Shown piece by piece: positions 8,152-10,743 of a DNA stretch of 10,743 nt. A model generated the notes under the pieces. It had not been told where the DNA came from. It was given only the letters and a program-made list of their open reading frames with translations, and made no database searches. This DNA comes from Octopus sinensis (taxonomy: Eukaryota): positions 1 through 10,743 of the forward strand of contig NW_021827268.1 in assembly GCF_006345805.1 (NCBI RefSeq). The letters run 5' to 3'. The number at the start of each line of letters is the position of its first letter. The first letter of the stretch is position 1. Made by a program: the position numbers and the translations under genes.

Positions 8152-8372
8152 GCATAGGAATGAGTGCGTGTATTTCATGTGTATATAATATTGTGTATGT
8201 ATGTATGTATGTATGTATGTATGCATGTATGTATGTATGTATGTATGTATGTATGTGTGTGTATGCATGTATGCATGTATGTATGTATGTATGTATGTAT
8301 GTATGCATGTGCTTGTGTAAATGCGTCTCAGTGCGTGTCAGTGCGTGTCAGTGCGTGTGTGTATGTGCGTGT
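7737..8372. repeat. Compound (CATA)n-(TA)n-(TATG)n microsatellite field ending in 3 copies of CAGTGCGTGT (8329-8358)
   Basis: Seen directly; source of six spurious ORFs. Confidence 0.95.
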
Positions 8373-8426
8373 GAATGTTCGACTACGTCAACGTAGAATG
8401 CGTTCCTTGCGTTTGGTGTGAGTAAT

Positions 8427-8469
8427 TCATGGAGGAGTCTCCGGGGCAAAAGTTACGCCTTTTAGACAT
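8427..8469 (-). CDS. Putative short exon after a strong acceptor; reads (G)CLKGVTFAPETPP* when spliced to the 8678 donor
   Basis: Acceptor TTTTTATTTATTTAACTATACAG|A, intron ending at 8470. Phase-2 join GG|A keeps the frame open to TGA at 8429-8427. The true 3' extent is uncertain given indel noise. Confidence 0.5.
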
Positions 8470-8677
8470 CTGTATAGTTAAATAAATAAAAACAACAACA
8501 ACAACAACACCAACAACAACAGTGATCAGACAGAAGCGCACCTCCCTCTCTTCCTCTGCTCCTTCCACGTTCCACGTTCTCCCTGCGACTGACAGGGAAG
8601 ATTGCTGGAAGATATTAATCTCTTTGAAAATAGGGGCTGCATATTGACAAGGTCCCAGATGTTCCTTACTTACTTAC

Positions 8678-8761
8678 CCATCGCCATATTGGCCTTGTTT
8701 ACTCTTTTTCATTTTTCTGCCTTCTCACTTTTGAGGGAGAGGTTTTCGTACTGACTACTGA
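8678..8761 (-). CDS. Putative short exon with a consensus splice donor; SSQYENLSLKSEKAEK / MKKSKQGQYGDG
   Basis: Donor TGG|GTAAGT at 8678/8677; candidate acceptor TATGTACGTAG|TC at 8762/8761. As written, only 8712-8678 is in the spliced frame; one extra A in the A5 run (8712-8716) joins the YENL segment to it. Confidence 0.5.
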
Positions 8762-8782
8762 CTACGTACATATACAAAATAT

Positions 8783-9295
<513 letters not shown>

Positions 9296-9303
9296 TCTGA
9301 CAT

Positions 9304-9465
9304 ACGCATGCACACGTTCTCATATGTATGCGTGTGTGTGTTTGAGAGCACGGGCGGAAGTGTGTGAGTGTGCGTGAATGCGTGCGTGTACGTGTGTGCC
9401 TGTGTGCCTGTGTGCACGTGTGTGTGTACGTGTGTGTGTGTGTGTGTACTTGTCTGTGTGTATTT
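9304..9465. repeat. Degenerate (GT)n tract
   Basis: Seen directly. Confidence 0.9.
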
Positions 9466-9496
9466 ATGTATATCACTGAATCGCTATCGACTACCT

Positions 9497-9835
9497 CAAT
9501 AGTTCTCGGCCATTTTGTTTTTACCAATGGATTCCTTTGATTGCAATTATTTTTCTGGCAGACCGCCATAGCCATTCAATGTTTAAAAGCTAGTTTTATA
9601 GAGACTTCTTTCAATATTGCCATTTTGCTTTTCACGTGTTCAGTTGTGTACATTTGCAAGAAACATGTTAATCTATGTAAAACATTTGAGAAAAAACCTA
9701 GCTGTTCCTTGCCATAAATATATTTCAATCAATCTTTTTTATATTTCACGAACCCTTAAAACGCTTCTGCGAATCACCAGTTTATTATTTTGCGTGAAAC
9801 CCCCAAGAACCCAGGATCGAGTCAGTAACCATCAG
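9497..9835. mobile_element. Second, uninterrupted and more decayed copy of the hAT-type MITE
   Basis: Left end CAATAGTTCTCGGCC; CCTTTGATT, 29 bp, CCATTCAATGTTTAAAA (9572-9588, identical to 4686-4702); further colinear blocks (CTATGTAAAAC, AAACCTAGCTGTT). Right end and TSD not resolved. Confidence 0.6.
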
Positions 9836-10443
9836 TAGCATTATTGGATGTTATATCAACCACAGACCGCATGTCTTTCCCGCCTTCCAACCCGCTCTGC
9901 TAGCAGTCAGAGACAGACCTAGTCTCAAACGGTATTGGTTGTTGAGGTTTCCTTGAACATATTGATGTCATATAGAACGAAGACTTGTTGCACAGACTAC
10001 TTCTGGTCTTCTAAAGGACACAACCACATGTCCAACTCTGAACCTCGAGAATGTCCTAGATTCGTATACCTGTTAGAGTCTGACTGACGGAAATCACGGA
10101 CCCTTTCGTAGCATTTGTCTCTCCCCCACCTGGAATAGAAACTTAGAAACTTTGAAGTTGTTGCTTAGTTGTATCCTTTAACACCCAGGAAAATCCTGAT
10201 CCAGAAGACCTATGATCACGCATTCTGAGGTCACTTTGTATTTTATTGTCTTTTTTAAATGGTTAGATGCACTTTGAAGAAAATGTACTATTACTTCTCA
10301 GTCGGCTGAGTACATTGAAGGTTCATCACAATCTCCAGAATGTTGTGATCACATAAGACTTCTTTACTGTTCTGACTATTATTGTTTGAGTTGCAACTAT
10401 TTCTCTCTTACTTCAGTCTTTTCTCATGTCCATATATATATAC

Positions 10444-10743
10444 GCTGCGAGCTGGCAGAAACATTAGCGTGCCGGACGAAATGCTTACGGTATTCATCTG
10501 TCGTGACGTTCTGATTCAAAATTCCGCCGAGGTCGACTTTGCCTTTCATCCTTTTGAGGTCGATAAATAAAGTACCAGTTTCGCACTGGGTCGATGTAAT
10601 CGACTTAATCCCTTTGTATGTCCTTATTTGTCCCCTCTATGTTTAGCCCCTTGTGGATAATAAGAAATAGGTATTGCGTCTGTCGTACGTTCTGAGTTTC
10701 AAATTCCGCCGAGGTCGACTTTGCCTTTCATCCTTTCGGGGTC
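10444..10743 (+). mobile_element. SINE with family B head and core but a different tail, followed by the start of a tandem second body (period 181 bp)
   Basis: Head GCGAGCTGGCAGAAACATTAGC. Unit starts GGTATT at 10489 and 10670; the 36-nt AAATTCCGCCGAGGTCGACTTTGCCTTTCATCCTTT is identical in both units. Confidence 0.85.

Noticed and set aside
8375-8425. Plus-strand mini-ORF MFDYVNVECVPCVW with a GTGAGT donor at 8418
   Set aside because: No acceptor or promoter context; it is the antisense register of the better-supported minus-strand exon region. Not excluded, but unsupported.

Overview
Eukaryotic, AT-rich, microsatellite-saturated non-coding DNA. The SINE families look like those I recall from Octopus (coleoid cephalopod) genomes; that assignment is inference, not a database result. 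Much of the window is simple repeats: (TA)n, (CATA)n, (GA)n, (GT)n, (GATA)n and trinucleotides. These generate almost all ORFs in the supplied track. The rest holds about 12 tRNA-derived SINE copies or fragments from 4 head families, two MITE-like families and a 5'-truncated CR1-group LINE nested in a SINE. Coding evidence is limited to the minus strand: two short exons joined by a clean 208-bp GT-AG intron (8761-8678 / 8469-8427), and a low-complexity, codon-biased, apparently frameshifted exon (about 2570-1971). The most unusual structures are a 258-bp near-perfect palindrome centred on (TA)n (2922-3179) and a 221-bp block copied from 1.2 kb upstream into a hAT-type MITE. I found no supportable new multi-gene system. 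Frequent 1-bp indels at homopolymers suggest imperfect sequence polishing, which limits all reading-frame claims. Family labels A-D are my own within-window names.
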